Shown here: in pieces, positions 22,130 to 37,100 of the stretch
Layout: each line of letters opens with the position of its first letter
Numbering within the stretch: the first letter of the stretch is position 1
NCBI GenBank assembly: GCA_002633005.1
Contig: NMRA01000378.1
Span: 70,759 to 134,758 of the forward strand
From: Phoronis australis
Lineage: Eukaryota; Animalia; Phoronida
DNA length: 64,000 nucleotides
Direction: 5' to 3'
Made by a program: the position numbers and the translations under genes
The notes under the pieces: model-generated
Seen by the model: the letters and a program-made list of their open reading frames with translations, nothing else
Database searches by the model: none
Told to the model about the DNA's origin: nothing

Positions 22130-25100
22130 TACAGTGTTAAAGTAAATACTGCTGGCACCCAATTTCCACCACTTCGCAGCCTACACAGTATTCGCCCCCT
22201 AGAACACCACAATTTTCGACCCTGCAGGTAGCCACAATTCTCAAGCTACACCCCCCACCTTGTTGAAATACTAATTTGTTCTTCCCCATTTCCCTTTTTG
22301 AGGTGGTACCCCGCACAACTTGAGGGTCCTAAGCCATTCAGATCACTTTGGGTATATTCGGGGCCTCAATTTTCTCATTGGAGGTGAATTTAACCTGCGT
22401 GATTATCAAACTTAGTGGAAAATGATTGGCCATAAAGTTCGAGCATGCACTGAAAACATTAACTTCCAAGGGCATCCAGAACACCTTGGGTGTTTTCGTA
22501 ACCTCAAATTTCACCTAATAGGTGAATGCTCTCTGCATGTGTGCGGACTTCAGTTTGCCTATTATTGTCACGATTGCAAATCACATGACTTGCCATATTT
22601 TGGATAACGTTCATCTCCGAGAGGATATTTGAGGGTACGAAAATACCTGAAGTGTTTCTAAGAAAAATTTGTACATGCAAATAGGAAAATAGCTGAGGTG
22701 CTCCGGATGTTCTGAGGGTAAATTTGTAGCTAGAAAATACCGAGAGGTGTTCCAAATGGGCCCTAACCTTCAATTTTGTGCATAATCGAGTACTAGAAGA
22801 ATCTCCACCCATTTAGACAGTGGTTAAAAAAAACATTCTGTTTGTGGTCCGAGGTTTGGACTTCAATAAAATTGCAGCCTAGTGTTTCAAATGCACAATC
22901 TTTTTATAACAGCTAATGCTAACAAATGAATCCTTTCGTAGTAATTCTTGTACAGCTGTTGTTTTCACCCATTAAGCTTGAAGAAGTCGGCTCAGAGATT
23001 CCTGTTGTCAAAAATGAGTCTGGTGTCCAAGGTTTTAAAAATACAGGTATCGTATTAAAACCCCTATTGCAGCAGTAAAAAGGTACCACTGGCAGTGTTT
23101 TTAACTTCCAGAGAGAAACCTGTTGTATTCATGGGAAAAAGTTTGCTGTGGTAGGGTTTTTTTCAAGCACCATTTTGAAGAGAAATTGTTTGAGAAGAAT
23201 CACCCAGTTGAGGGTTGTGTCTTGTATAAACCTGTGGGAGTACCCCCTTGGAATGGTTTTAGGAGGGTACTCTGAAAGCCCAAGGATGGTGGAATGAACC
23301 CTATCCCTATACCTAACAATGTGAGTTGAACATCTTGGAAAGTACAAGCACAATTGTTGATTTCAGAATGCGCTTATCAGATGGTGTCTTCTAGCTTCCA
23401 GATTTCCTTCGAATTAAATCCCTTAAAGTTGCTTCTTATGTGAAAAAGAATAAATTTTGATCTGAACAAATTACCACTATATGCAGGAATTGGAATGACT
23501 ATAAGAGGAAAATTTTCCAGGTGATCTATCATTTCACAAATAGGCTTGTGTGATAGAAATATTTTTGTGTTGTAAAATTAAACTGAAATAAATGTTTTTG
23601 CATGAATCAAGCCAAAAATGATGACAAAAAGAAGCTGGAAATCAAATAAAAGGAAATAAAAACAAAAAAAAAGAAAATTCCAAGCCCTGTATATATCCGT
23701 CTCAACTTGTTCCTTAGTGGACTTGGAAGAATTCAAACTTTGTTATTGCTCAAAGCCATGGTTATTGCACCAGGTCTTAAGCAATAAGAAACTATCCGTT
23801 CAACCGAAGCCAATATACCACATGTAATCTCAGTAAGGAACAGTACAAGATCAAGAGTCTAATCACGAGCACACACATGAAGATTGACATCAGACACTAT
23901 TATCCAAATCCAATGCCAATCGTCATGTGAGTGCTTGTGATTTTTGCTAATTTGGCCAAAAACAACATTGTTTGTACCAGACCAATCTTATATTGTTACA
24001 TGACAGTTCTAAAAAGAGTTTGGATAAATAGCAGCTTGAAAAATGGTACAATTTGTGGATAAGGAATGTCAAAAGGGTTCATTTTTTTCAACACAGTTTA
24101 GTACAGATGTTTTATTATTCTCCACATAGCATTTAAATGCTTTTTGGGTTAAACAGATTCTAGCCCAGTCTTGTATAGATTGATTTAAAACCCTGAGAAG
24201 GGATTATGCGATCATGTTTTGGGAATACACCTCTAGAGTGAAACTTTCAATCCAAATCGAACTCGAAATTGTTTTTGACACTTCTAGTCCACTTCCTTGC
24301 GAGATCAAGATAGTGCTTAATGACCACTAGATTCGAGCTAAAATGTGAGTAAAAACTCAAGATTTCTAGTAAAACCTCGAACTCAGACTCAAACTTTTAG
24401 CTGTAATGCAGGGATCATTAATTGCCATCAATAAGTACTCAAGCATAGAATAAAAGAAACTTATCTCAAATTCAAACAAAACTAGAATAGAAAATAACAA
24501 AAATAATTCTGAGTAAAAAGTTGAAACCCAGGGTCCAGGTGTTAATTTTATAATGGTTTATGCTTTCACAAGGCAGTGAATGTGCAACTTGAATGGCAGT
24601 CGGGTCTTTAGTAACCTATTCCCATGTAGCAACACTGGTGTAGTCAGAATTATTCAAGAGGTTGCTAAACTTGAAATTGTTGGCAACCAATGACTGTATT
24701 GTGAGGCAACTTGGAGGCACTGCATGAACAGGGGACAGGGACAAGGAAGCTTGGCAAGAACAAAACTGAAATGAGTTTCTATCAGGGGAAGGGTTTGCAA
24801 TGAGGAGGGGATTGCCCTGTTGTGCGCCCACGGCTATGTTAATGCCCAGACTTAGTACTTCAGTCTATCGCTAAACTAAACCATAATTAGTAATTAATAC
24901 ATCAGCAAAATAAAGTTTCCGATGGTTAGATAAATTTCTTGGCATGTTGTGTGTTTCGTAGCTTATGAGTATACTATTTCTGGGAACACATTAATGATGT
25001 CAACGTGAGGGTGTTTGCCAGTGCGAATGTTCTGAAACATTTCACACTGCCCAACTCTTGCCACGAGGAGGCCCCCTCAGTATAATTTTGAAAAACTGTT

Positions 25101-26023
25101 CGAAAAGACCGAAATGTTGACTAAAATCACTGCTGTATTATGTACATCATAACCACAAGAATGAAACACTAGCATGTTGCTCAAAACACTGAGCAAAACA
25201 TAATGGTAATAGTAACATACAAGGCACCCCCACTTTGAGAGCCAGTGTTTTCTACTGTACAACAGGAACCTGTTTTTCACTGAGTAGCAGGGGTTAAAAC
25301 TTGTTCTCAAAATTTGGATTGCCAGTGAGTGACTATTGCCTGAATAACAATCCAACCCAAGTAACACACAAGAAACCGTCAATTTGGGTTTAGTGACCTA
25401 GCTTGAAATCTTTGAAGTACCCTGAGCTCCCAATTTTGAAATGTGAGATGTTTTTGCAACTAGTAGTCATTTTAACGAACCAGGTTTTTAAAGTTCGTTT
25501 GCATACAATGTCTAACTCCAGGATGCTTTGATTACAGCGAACCTTAGTAGATTCAGAATGGTTCTGAGATCTTGTTTTGCAATTAGACTGAAATTAATAG
25601 CTGATTGTTGCAAACTCTACAACACTTGACATCATGTGAACGTGGAAAGCAAAAATGAAACAGTCGAAGAGTCGGGGTCCAGGAGAGAGGAGACTTGCAT
25701 AGATTTCATATGATCAAATGTGACACTCTGACCAGTGACTCGGGCATTGCAAAATTCACCATGAAAGGGTGAATTTCCAAATAAATTCCACACAAAAATA
25801 TTTACTTTTTGGTTGTAACTGTATAAAATAACCCATTTTAGCACCAAAAACCACGGAAGGTTTCAGATGCAACTGAAGTTTCTTGTTTTAAAAAGAATAC
25901 AGCCCAGAGAGCTTTTTGCTGAAATTCAATTCCCTGTAACTTTGCATAATTATGTTATCAGAAAATTTGACTCTTTCATTGAGGCTCTCACCAAAATGGG
26001 TCAGTTTTAATCACTGTGCCAAT

Positions 26024-29000
26024 GGGGCTATTCGGAAAATCCACAATCACTAGAGGGCGTGCGTGTACTAGTGGTGATAGATTAACAGCTTCGATTTCGC
26101 GAGCCCTTTAAATACATGGTGAAATGGCTTGCAGCCGTGCCAACTGAATCTGAGATTGCGTAAAAAGGGTGCTTCTATGAGAGGAAGTGAGCACGACCTC
26201 ATACAAAGGTAAGGTTTGTGATCATTTTAACGATTATTACATGATTATTCTACCGATGCCTGTTAACTGAGGCACTCGCCGATGTCGACTTCGCGGCAGT
26301 CAGTCGCCAGCCAGAGTCTGGTTAATCTTTGTATGTTGTGATATGTGATACGATACTTGACGTAGCAATCGGGATCTTTTCGTACATCAAAGCATTATTA
26401 TTGTTTGGAATGATTTCTAAAAGTTTATCAGTGACAGTTACATCAACCAATGCTGAATATTTATGCTGTCAACTCGATACAGGTTAATGAGTTAAGATTA
26501 CAATCCAATCCCAATGGCAAAGGGTACGTGAGTGATAAATATCCATTGCATTAGACTATTTGTTTACTCCCTATCATGTCTTCTGGAAATCTATTACACG
26601 TTGAAATGGAAATCTATTACGTCAGTTTTCACGTAACCTTTGGTTTTTAGGTTTGAAGGCTACTACCGTGCAGAGGAGATATGCATCGCTTCTGCACCGT
26701 CCCTGAATGGACAAAAATTGGTTTTTAGCATTTGACTGCAGCTAACCAACAAGATCTTCCCATCCAGTACAGATCTGTTGTCAAAGCCTACTTTCAATAT
26801 TTGAGACAACGAACAAAGCCTTTGAAAAGGAACAGCTATTTTTAAAGTCATTTTGTTAAATTACTTATTCAGGTCCCGAGGGGGGATTGTCATGGGGGGG
26901 TTGTAATATTTGGTACAACTGAATATGTGGAAGTAACAGGTAATGCATGTTTGGAGAAAAGAGCATGGTGAGGTAATTTTTAACCTTCACGAAGTCCCTT
27001 CAAGTTGATTTCATGAAACTGTTTTGCTACTTGTATCAATTGCAAAACCACGAAAATATATTACATTTTCCGAATTCACAGTGACTGAATAGCCTTAGCC
27101 CATGCCTTGAAATGTTGCAAGTCGTTATAAATTCAAATGACTGCCATTTTTGTGAAAATTGCATTTTTGATTGTGCCTTATTATTTGTAATTACTAGTAC
27201 TCTTAAACAACAGAAAGATTATCCATCATTTTTAAATGACCCAAGTCTTCATATCTTCTATTAGAAGAAAAATTAAAATTAGTCTGAGAAACGGTTCCCT
27301 CAACCTTAGTCTAGAAATATGCTTGACAGACCCATGAACCTATAATCTGAGTTTAAAATTGCTGAAAGTATCAAAATTAAAAAGGCTTGAAAATGGGTAA
27401 CAAAGGTTTGAAGTTGTCTCAAAAAACTTGTATATTTTACAGACGAGTGATGCTTTAAAGAATTGTTATGGCTAGGGATAAAAAATAAAGACACAGTTTT
27501 ATGCAATACTCATTATATACACTCTTGGTTTCTGAAAATAGTAATTATTTACTTTTATGTGAAACTGTAGACCGATCACCACATATTTTTGAAAAACAGG
27601 GATAACATATTTGTTCCAGGTTCAGTGACATTTTAAGGCCACTTCAAGCTGTATCATAGACAAGCTTTGTTACTCCGTTCTCTTCCCACAGCACTTCCAC
27701 ACACCAGCAGTGCTGCATGGCACAATGTGCAAGTCAGTGGTCCTGGAGAAATGTGAATCGCAGTACTAAGTTACCATAAGACAATGTGCCAGTGGAGTGT
27801 CTGTGTATCCAGACGAACTATATCTGACTGCTACACAAATAAGCCTTGTTGGTGAGGATGCCCTTTCATAGGCAATGAGTCATGTGTGGACAATAGCTTA
27901 TTTCCTTTCCTGGAAGAAACATGAGGGACTGAAGCTAAAGAAGACCTAGTAACACTCTGGTCTAGCTCAGAGTCTGATTTTGGGCTCAAAACGATTCAAG
28001 TGATATGCTGCTGTGTTTACCTTCAAGGGTCTAATTGTGGATGTTATTGAGGCTGAATGAGGTTACATGAAAGAAAGCCACGTGTTGAAACTGGACCTTT
28101 TTTACAAGCGCTTCTATAGGCCATTGAAACTAGAACCCAGTGAAATGAAAGCCAAAAGCTGAGTGACATTAAATTTTCCTTTCAGAAGAAAGGCTTTATA
28201 CTATTGGTAAAAACTTTTCAATTTGGTACAGATTATGGGGAAATGACATTCAGTGACTGCATCGATTGTCTCATTGTATGTTTTCAATTGTAGCTAGCTG
28301 GATAAGAATCTGCTATGCACAAGATTCGAGAATAAACAATTATCAGTGTATTTAAAAACAAATGGCAAACTGAAAAAGCACAGAAAGAAACAACATTGCG
28401 AGGGAGTCCATAATCAGGCATATCAGGTGCTGAATTTCTGAATTACGTTCAATTCTCTCAGGTTATTGCTGAAGGATTGCTTTTCACTTTGTCCAACGGT
28501 GAAATAGATGGTCAGGCGGTTGGTTTCAGTTGTTTTTTCTTGCCTGTAACAGAATAGAAATATTAGCAAATTGTAAAAGAAAAGACAAGACAAAACTACT
28601 TTTGTAAGGCAGAACATACTTGACATTTCATCTTCATGTTTATGTGTAGAAACTAATAACCTTTGTACCCAAGTCTTATTTAATATCTGAATTAAAATAT
28701 GTGAAACAGGCTAAAAGTGATTTAACAATGTGTATTTTTCATGACACTTAAAATGTGCTTCTGATCTCAACAAGTAAAATTCATTCTAGGTGTCAATTTT
28801 TTTCCAATGCAATGTTACGACATTTACTGAATTAAGGCTTATTCATGTTAATTCGATAACTGAGCTGGTGGTCCTGGGGGTGGGGTCCACGATAAAATAA
28901 GGAAACTCACTCATCTAGAGAATTTTATTGGAAACAGCATAGTTTTGAAGAGAAACTGCTGTGAAAAAGTCACTCTTGACTTCTGTGCATCACGTACCAT

Positions 29001-29522
29001 ACACCTCTTATTTTGGGAGCACTCCCACCCAGGACAATATGAATATGTGCTGCTAGCCTACCCGGCATCGGGTGAGTTTCCAAAAAGAAACACTTAGTTC
29101 CACTCAATAAAACTGTTATTCAGTGGGGTAACTGGTGGGGATAACATCACCGAACGATGTTGATAGAAACTGATTGCTAAAAACTTACCAAGTAATGTTG
29201 TGTAGTCTCCGAATGGAACTGCATAGTCATAGACATAGAGCACACACGGGGCTTCAGCATCCACACACTTTTTGTCAGTTAGTTGACCCTGTTGACCGCA
29301 ATTGTCCACGAATATAGTAACCTTAGGTCTTTTGGGAATTTGTGGCCACCTGTCGAAGACTTGCACCAGGGAAATTAGCAGTAATAAGGCTTAGCGCGAC
29401 GACGTATTTTGATAAAAATTCCATCTTTTACCAGTTGTTCACATGCAGACAGCCACGCATGCGCAATTCAATCACCACTAGTACAGCAGCGACACCGCGA
29501 GGAGAATTCTCCGAATAGCCCC
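26024..29522. mobile_element. 3.5-kb degenerate TIR transposon with AT TSD (ISL2EU-like), copy A
   Basis: AT|GGGGCTATTCGGA...TCCGAATAGCCCC|AT, plus a subterminal inverted pair GTACTAGTGGTGAT/ATCACCACTAGTAC. A second copy at 38530-41569 has unrelated flanks. No intact transposase ORF. Confidence 0.85.
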
Positions 29523-29928
29523 ATTCAAAAAAGGGTGAGGTTTTATCTTGCTGACTATACAAAAGAGTGTGTATAATCTTAATTTCACAGCAACAAACAC
29601 CCTCCGAAATAACTGAATACTCTGTACGACTGTAGGATGGCAGTCAGAGGCACTGCTGAATGGCACTGCTGAATGCCACCACTACAAGCGATGTCAGTCA
29701 TAATAAAACTATTGCTAGACTGGTTATTGTTTGTGTGTTTAGGACCATTGACTCTATTTTTATGCTCCTAACTTCTGTGTGTAGTGACAAGTGTGCCAGT
29801 GTATTATACATTACAATGACAATGTCATAAATAGCAGTATTTCAGCATATATCCTTATCTGACCCAATTCAACCTTCACGGTAATCACGGGAGCTTACAT
29901 AACATACATGAACATGTTAACATACGAG

Positions 29929-30816
29929 TAGGCAATGACCAGAGGCGATGCAGCTCCTATATTCGCTCCATATGCCGGAAGCTTTTCGGCGAATTATGCC
30001 TCACACTGGGTAAAGCATGAAAGTCACGTTGTTATAAATACCTTTTGCGTATGGAGGGACACCTTAGGAGGTTGGAGGTGGGTTTAATTCCTTCCAACTC
30101 GAACAAATACTCCGGTTATCGAACTTTTTTTCGAGCAGTCACTCATTCAGTTCCCAAAATCGTGAACTCACCATTTTTATAATGCACACGCTCCAATTTT
30201 TACCGCGCTCGCTAAGTGATGTGACTTCATGACCTTATTGACCTCAATCTTTAAATAGGGCAAAGGTGAGCAATTGCGGTCTTGTCAGTCAAATGTTCAT
30301 TTCCAAAATGCCACCACTACTTGTCTTTAATTGGTGTTACTTGAAACTGATTGTATTTCAATGAATTATTGTTTGTATTTGATAAAAATAAATGCTGTTG
30401 ATATGACATTTAATAGTCTTTGTGCACATATTTGACATGTTAATGTTTAACAACACGGCAAATGCACGGCTGGTTCCCGGCAGCACGTACGCAAAGGGCG
30501 AGAACTTCAGCTTTCAAAGTTCGCCTGTAGGACCGCAACTTCTAACCTTCGGCCTGGTTAAAAGAATGAGTACATCATATCTCTTGGCGTGCGCCGAGTG
30601 AAAATGTTGAGTTCACAATTTTGGGACTGCTCGAAGAAAAAGTTTGATAACGGGAGTATTTGTTCGAGTTGGAAGGAATTAAACACGTGGACAACCTGAC
30701 TTCGATGTTTTAATCGGAGCGAGGCATAATTTGCCGAAAAGCTTCCGGCGTTTGGAGCGCCTATTAGGAGTTGCATCGCCTCTGGTCGGGCCAACAGAGG
30801 CGATGGTCATTGCCTA
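29929..30816. mobile_element. Foldback MITE with 9-bp TSD ACATACGAG (Mutator-like)
   Basis: TAGGCAATGACC...GGTCATTGCCTA termini; long inverted arms (about 29935-30200 vs 30590-30790); TSD at 29920-29928 and 30817-30825. Confidence 0.85.
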
Positions 30817-33800
30817 ACATACGAGAGGGTGTGCTCTGAAAAGATCGAGGCAATGCCCCGTGGCCATGACGCACTCAGCTACTCCTTTCCCGCTATTCAG
30901 TGCTATAGTGTGCCTGGCCCTAAAATGACTTGTTGTGGATGGCCTGCTAATCAGCTAATGCTAATGGTTATCTCTTGGTCTTACACAACTTATTTCGTAG
31001 AAAAATCACATCACTTCAGAATACAACATAGTATACAAGATAATAATTATCATTAAATGTTTCGTATACGTTACTGCTGATGTATTCCTTGACTCGTTAG
31101 CTTTGAAATGCGGGAGTTTGACGAAAACAGAGAGATTTAAACAGCTGTAAATCCATCGACATTACTTTGCTGGAAGTCGCCATGTTGGTGAACTAGTTTG
31201 ACTTATTATTCAACTGACCAATAGAATGCCTTGTTTCTTGAAATCGGAACAGCCAATGCTATTCCAAGAATGCGTATGGAAAAGTGCGCTGTAGCAGACC
31301 CCAACCAACCTCGAGGGTCAGTGCAGGAGACTAGATAGAAAACTTCCGGTTTTATGAAGCTGTCGTTCCCTCGTTTCAAGATTTGGTAAAGTAATTAGTC
31401 GAATTGCTCGATTTTTGGAGTGTTTAAGACTTGTAAAAATAAAATGCGTATACTGTTCTCTGTCATGTCATTTAAAACATTCACAAGATAATTCAGACAT
31501 GTTATGAGTTATTAACGTCAGAAACGTCTTCAGCTGATTTTCCCGTGTTTATCATTTACACTTACGCAGTCGCATCAGCTGATTTTTTTGTTGCAATTAG
31601 TATTGATGTTTGTTTAAATTGAGTACCGTACAAATCGGCTCATAATCATGGGCACAAGTATTAACCAACAAAAATGAATTTGTAACAATGTTACACAATA
31701 AATATTTGTAATTCACACACACTTTGTTCCATTTGCAAAACTTGAGTGTCAAAAACTTGTGTGTCAAAACCTTGCTGTCACTACTATCATAGGCGAAAAG
31801 TACATTGTAAGGCAACTTCTAAACATAGCTACGATTATGCAAAATTGGTTCGATACATGACACTTGTTGCTGTTAACAATCTTTATTCCATTCCGTTCTC
31901 GTCAGAACATTGGTAAAGAAACTGACCAAGAGACGACAAACTATATTTCGAAAATACTTGTTTCATCAAGTGGAAATAAAATGACTCAGTAATACCACCA
32001 CAAAGTAAAAGCTAATCAAATATGCAATGGTACACAGCAGGTGTGAAATACTGCAAGGACTGACAAATGGAGGGGGTAACAAGAATGTCGAGCTAACAAG
32101 TGCAGCATGACCCTGTTTGCTGCTCATTCAAAATGGGCTTCGTGAATGTAATCGAAAAGGACTCTCAATATTTTCAATATCGCATTGAGCGTGAATGTTT
32201 AATTGCCACAACAGAATCAGTGCCACTATTGAGTAGTGGAGATAACCAGCGATTGAATTGAAAGCGTCAAAATTTGGAAGGACCAGTTGGCACTGTAATT
32301 TTCTTTAGGGTTTTGCGACCCGAACAGATATTCAATGTTCGAAAGGAAACTTGTATAGTATATTTTTATAAATTAAGTTTTTGTACTTTATACACAGTGA
32401 AGGGAATTCAGTTTAAATTGTTATATTTTTGCCTGCAGAAGAAAAAAGTTACATGTATAACATGAAATGAAACCACCAACTGAAACAAAATACAAAATTT
32501 GAAATAGAGAACATGAGAGGTAAAGATTCGGGTTATGAAAGGTGTTCTGTCAGCCTTATTTTTAGTGGTTATCAGATAGCACAGAACACACAAAATAGAC
32601 ATTTTTCATTTTTTTTATTTTCCCAGTTCCAATGAGTAAGTAACAGGGGTCTGGGATTCCCCTACCTTACTTTACAATTGGTAAGTGAAAAATGACAACA
32701 CGAATATGCAATGGGATTTTTACAATAACAAAGAGGAAAAAAACATAACAACATTACATAAAGTGTTGCATACATTTCTGAGAACGAATACAAAAACACC
32801 CTATGTTTTACAAAATAGAGCTGTCAGAGCAAAGTAAAATACAAATTTCATCAGAAACACTTCAATAGTCTAAAATGGTAGCTTTAGCCATTTATATATA
32901 TTTTTGAAATATATTTTCGAGTTTCTTAAATTTTTTCAGCCTCAAAAATAGCCTTTTTTCAGGAAATAGCACCCAAAAATTTCAGGCCACAAAAATATCA
33001 AGTTTAGACGACTATGTTTGGGAATCCATAGCTTACTGTGTTGCTAAAACAAGATAGAGTCCTTAACATGTAGGTTAACAACATATCGTCACCAAACCAC
33101 TTTTAAAACGACAAAACACTTAAAGAATTACCATGGTTCGGCGAAAATATTTTTTTTTGTTCCAAAATATTTCAAAACAATTCTAAAAATGAAATTGGTG
33201 TAACAAATGTTTTCAAAAATAGCAAAAACCAGAAACCTAGTTTTTTCATATTATTTTGTCATTTATTAAAAAATCTTTGAGGTTATTCGAATTATTCATT
33301 TTTCCCCAAGTGAGATCAATGTTTTCACAATCTTAAGTTACGCATAAAAATGGTCATGTGCATTTTTAATTAAACAAAATTAAATTGGACAATAAAATTT
33401 CAATGAAATTTAAATCAATTTTATTCCTGTCAAATAATATAAGAATTGAGAGGCGTTGTGTTATTGACAATCCAAAAAGAGCATACTCGTATTCTTAACG
33501 GTTTTGATGTACTGCAGCCTTGAATAAACAATTATTTTAATGCAAAATATATTTTTTTAAAAATGAGACTGATCACAGCACCACAAGGTAGAAAACATGT
33601 AACAAAATTATTTTTGAAGAAAATAGACTGAATCTATCCCCAAAACTTAAGTTAAATTGAATTTTAATAATATTCTGTACTGTTATAATGAAAATATTTC
33701 ACCAACTTGGGTCACTATGTAATTTAGGGAAGTTTTGACTGATTCTGTTTAATCCATTTGACCAAACAAATTTGAATTCAGTTTTAACCCTGTAAAGGTG

Positions 33801-33970
33801 GTCTGCATAGTTCTTGAAACTGACTGAATTTACCTTTTTGGAAGAGTATACTTGCAGGATTTTTCCAGGTTAGAAATTGAAAAGGCATTAAATTAAAAAA
33901 ACTACATTTTCCCATACTTTTATCAAAAAAAAAACAAATAAAAGTGTAGATGTTTTTAGTAGTTTAACAT

Positions 33971-34133
33971 CAATAGCGGATTTAGAGGGGGGCCAAGAGG
34001 GCTACACCCCTCCTAAAATTCCCCCAGATTCCACGATTTGGCAGATCGGGAGTGCCAATGTCTGAATGACAAAATCCTGGCTAATACAGCTCTGCTCTGG
34101 ACCTCCTAATACAAAATCCTGGATCCGCCCCTG
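33971..34133. mobile_element. Short G-rich-end MITE, same broad family
   Basis: CAATAGCGGATTTAGAGGGGGG...CTGGATCCGCCCCTG; TSD degenerate. Confidence 0.6.
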
Positions 34134-37100
34134 GATATACATATCATTAAAATCAGTTCAGTAACGGCCATTTAGCAAACTGAAAATTTATCCATTTATC
34201 CCCTTCTCAAGTGCTGCAGTACTTCGATTTTTAAAAATATTCATGAATTACCCCATTTTTTGAAACGGATATCAATATAAAGAAGGAACTTTAAATATTT
34301 CGATGGCATATTTTTCATTTTCCACCACTTTTCATCATGCTAATATATATGAGCTTCTGAAAATCATGAAAAATGGCAAAATTTCGCTCTTGCTGAATTT
34401 TGGATATATTGATAAACCATGGCTTATGTATTGTAAACATAGTGTCGAATGAGAAACTGCATTTAGGTGGATCCAAAGTTCATACAAAATCACAAAATTC
34501 AAACTAAATTTCATCGTAAATGACTGAGAATTCAACTGGTGAAAAGAATTATCCATTTAGCTCAACCTTTTCTTTGGGCCAAACAAACTCCTCGATTCCT
34601 GTGTTGAACTGTGCCAGCAAGCGGGACGATCAACAACTTGTCAAGTTAATTCCGACACGTTTCGTACCAATAATCCGGCTTGAATGGTTCGCGATTTAGT
34701 TTGCATTAAACACAACAAATTAATTTCAAACTCAAAAATTTGCTTGACGTGCGTGAAATAAAAAACAAATTTCACCTTCGTCACTACGCTTAGCCATGAG
34801 ACCGGAAGTTTTGAATCCTGCTCACGTACTTTTGCGTTAGGCCGCGAGACTTCACGGAGTCGCGAATCTCTTTACTAATATCTATGGCGCCAGTGTATTT
34901 GCCTCTGACATCTCGTTCGAATGTCGGGTATCACGTGACTTTTCGCATAGTGGCGGTGCTCGCGATAGGTCAATTTTGAACTCAAGGTCGTAAGCAAACG
35001 TCCCGTGGAGTATGAAAATACAGTTGAAGTCCGTGCAAAGATTTGGAATTTGGTTCTGATTGTTTCTGGAACTTTTAATGAGTTTTGTTTGATAGATTAA
35101 ATTTTCACGCGCGTTCAGCACGACCGCGGTTTCACGTGACTGAGATTTCTGAAGCTGGGCCTTCAACCAAAGGTGAAATTTCACACTTCAGAACTTAGGA
35201 CCATGACAGCGTTTTCCCGTTCAGTGACTTTACCAGACGAAGGGGGTTCTGAGCGAGTGACAACATGTAGCTTCTTTGTTAACTGCTGAAGACAGTCTGT
35301 TATGACAGCAGGCTTACTGTATAGCAGACCGCGTGTGAATACAATCAAACCCAGAGTGAATTGATACATTCAGAAAGAATAGAATATCGTAACTTCGGTT
35401 GCAGTTGGGCGATTTTGGCGATTCAAAAACTAAACACGATCGCCATTTAACGAGGATTTCAGAACTGCTATTGGTTTATGTTCAAATATGTTGTAACTTA
35501 ACTTTTATTTTTAACAGCACAGCCCAGTCAGACTAGATAGGATCTTATTAAAGATTACAGTGTAGAACAATTATCGAACAAATTTTGAAGAAATACTATG
35601 GAAATAGCCAAAACAGAGGCTTCATGATTCGGTTCTCTGGTACTGGTTGATAAATGGTTTTAGTAACTGAATCGTGTCACAGATAATATAAGAATCTTCA
35701 CATTAGCGCTCTCAACTGGAGCAAGAAAACGACTTCTCCCTGACACTCGACTCAGGTTTGGCGGTTCGTGACAGAAATTCGCTGCTTCACATAGTGGTTC
35801 AACAATTTACACGAATACAACACAGGAGTAAATTCCACAATCAGCTATCTTTCTTTGACTAAGTTCATTCGTATAGTTTAGCTTTTTGATATCGGCTGGT
35901 TTCGAAATTCTCCCGCTTTATCATTCACAGCCACCGACTAGTGCAGACGCGTATTCTTCATCGCGGTGGGACATGGATATTTCAAGAGGTTTGTCTTTTC
36001 CCGTAAGCCGTTAGTGGGCCCTTTATCTTACATACATGTATCGGTAAAAATGTGTCTGCATTATTATATCAGGAAAGATGACAAAAACATGGGCGGCGCA
36101 ACACTGAAATATGGGTTGCTATAGCTCGAGCCCAGCCCGCTGTGGTGTGCCGCCGATGAATCAGGCCTGTAACGCGAACGGCAGACTGCAATTCATAGCA
36201 CATTGAAAGTGGTTCTCCACCAGTGAAACAGAAGTGAACCTGTTCACCAAGTAGTTTTGCTGTTGGTTCGTAAAATGAATTTATGATGATGTCAAAGTAT
36301 TTTCTCTTAGTTTCAAATTTCAAAAAATTATATGTCAACTGCTCGTCGCTGCGTCTATCTTTCTCCCATAAGGTAAAGCCCGTCTCCTTATTTGGTATAG
36401 CAACACATAGACATGACACATTTCCCTCGTCAGGAACAACTGACCATTGACCTATAATGTAAACAAAACAATCATATGGCGACCTGAAGCAGGTGCCAGT
36501 CCGATTAAGAAGCAATTGCCGTAAAATCTACATGTAACTATTTAAAATTAGTCATGAGGTTATCGCAGTAGGCCCATTCAAATATATTCTTAAATGTACT
36601 TGGAATTCTTTTTGGGAAATCGCTTGCTTCACTGTTTTGCCACATTCTGTGCTGTCGGCCTCCACATGGTAAGCTGCCTTGTCAGTAGCTCTGATTTGTC
36701 GAAGGACTGTGAGCGCATGCAGGTATTTGTCATGAGTGGGAGGAAGATTAGAAACTTTGTGGTGAACACAGATTTTTTCCTCGGCGTATATTAAAAATCA
36801 TATCGTGGATTTTGTGATTGTTCGTGGAGATTCCCTCAGAGGGAAACTGAGCAAAATCTGCAGTAGGCGCTGCAAGATGGTAGTTTCAGCATTTGTTCCA
36901 TGCTTTTTTAAAACCACGTTCATAGCAGTAGGTTCATACCTCCCGTCGGCGTATTACATGTGATCCATAGGTGGCGTTGAACGCCTGTCCACCAGAGACT
37001 TGATCAACGTCAGGCGGAATAGCGAATTTTAATATGGCGCGTCTACTTCGAAAATCAGTAATTGGCCTGAGAGCTGGAAAAACGAAGGCCAAGGGAACGC

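Noticed and set aside
31330-34884. Possible large TIR element (TAGATA...TATCTA, inverted AAACTTCCGGT motifs) around an AT-rich core
   Set aside because: The inverted match is too short and no TSD or second copy is visible in the window.
36069-36515. 148-aa minus-strand ORF
   Set aside because: It lies in a duplicated block whose paralogue (about 2850-3350) has many indels. No domain motif is recognisable.
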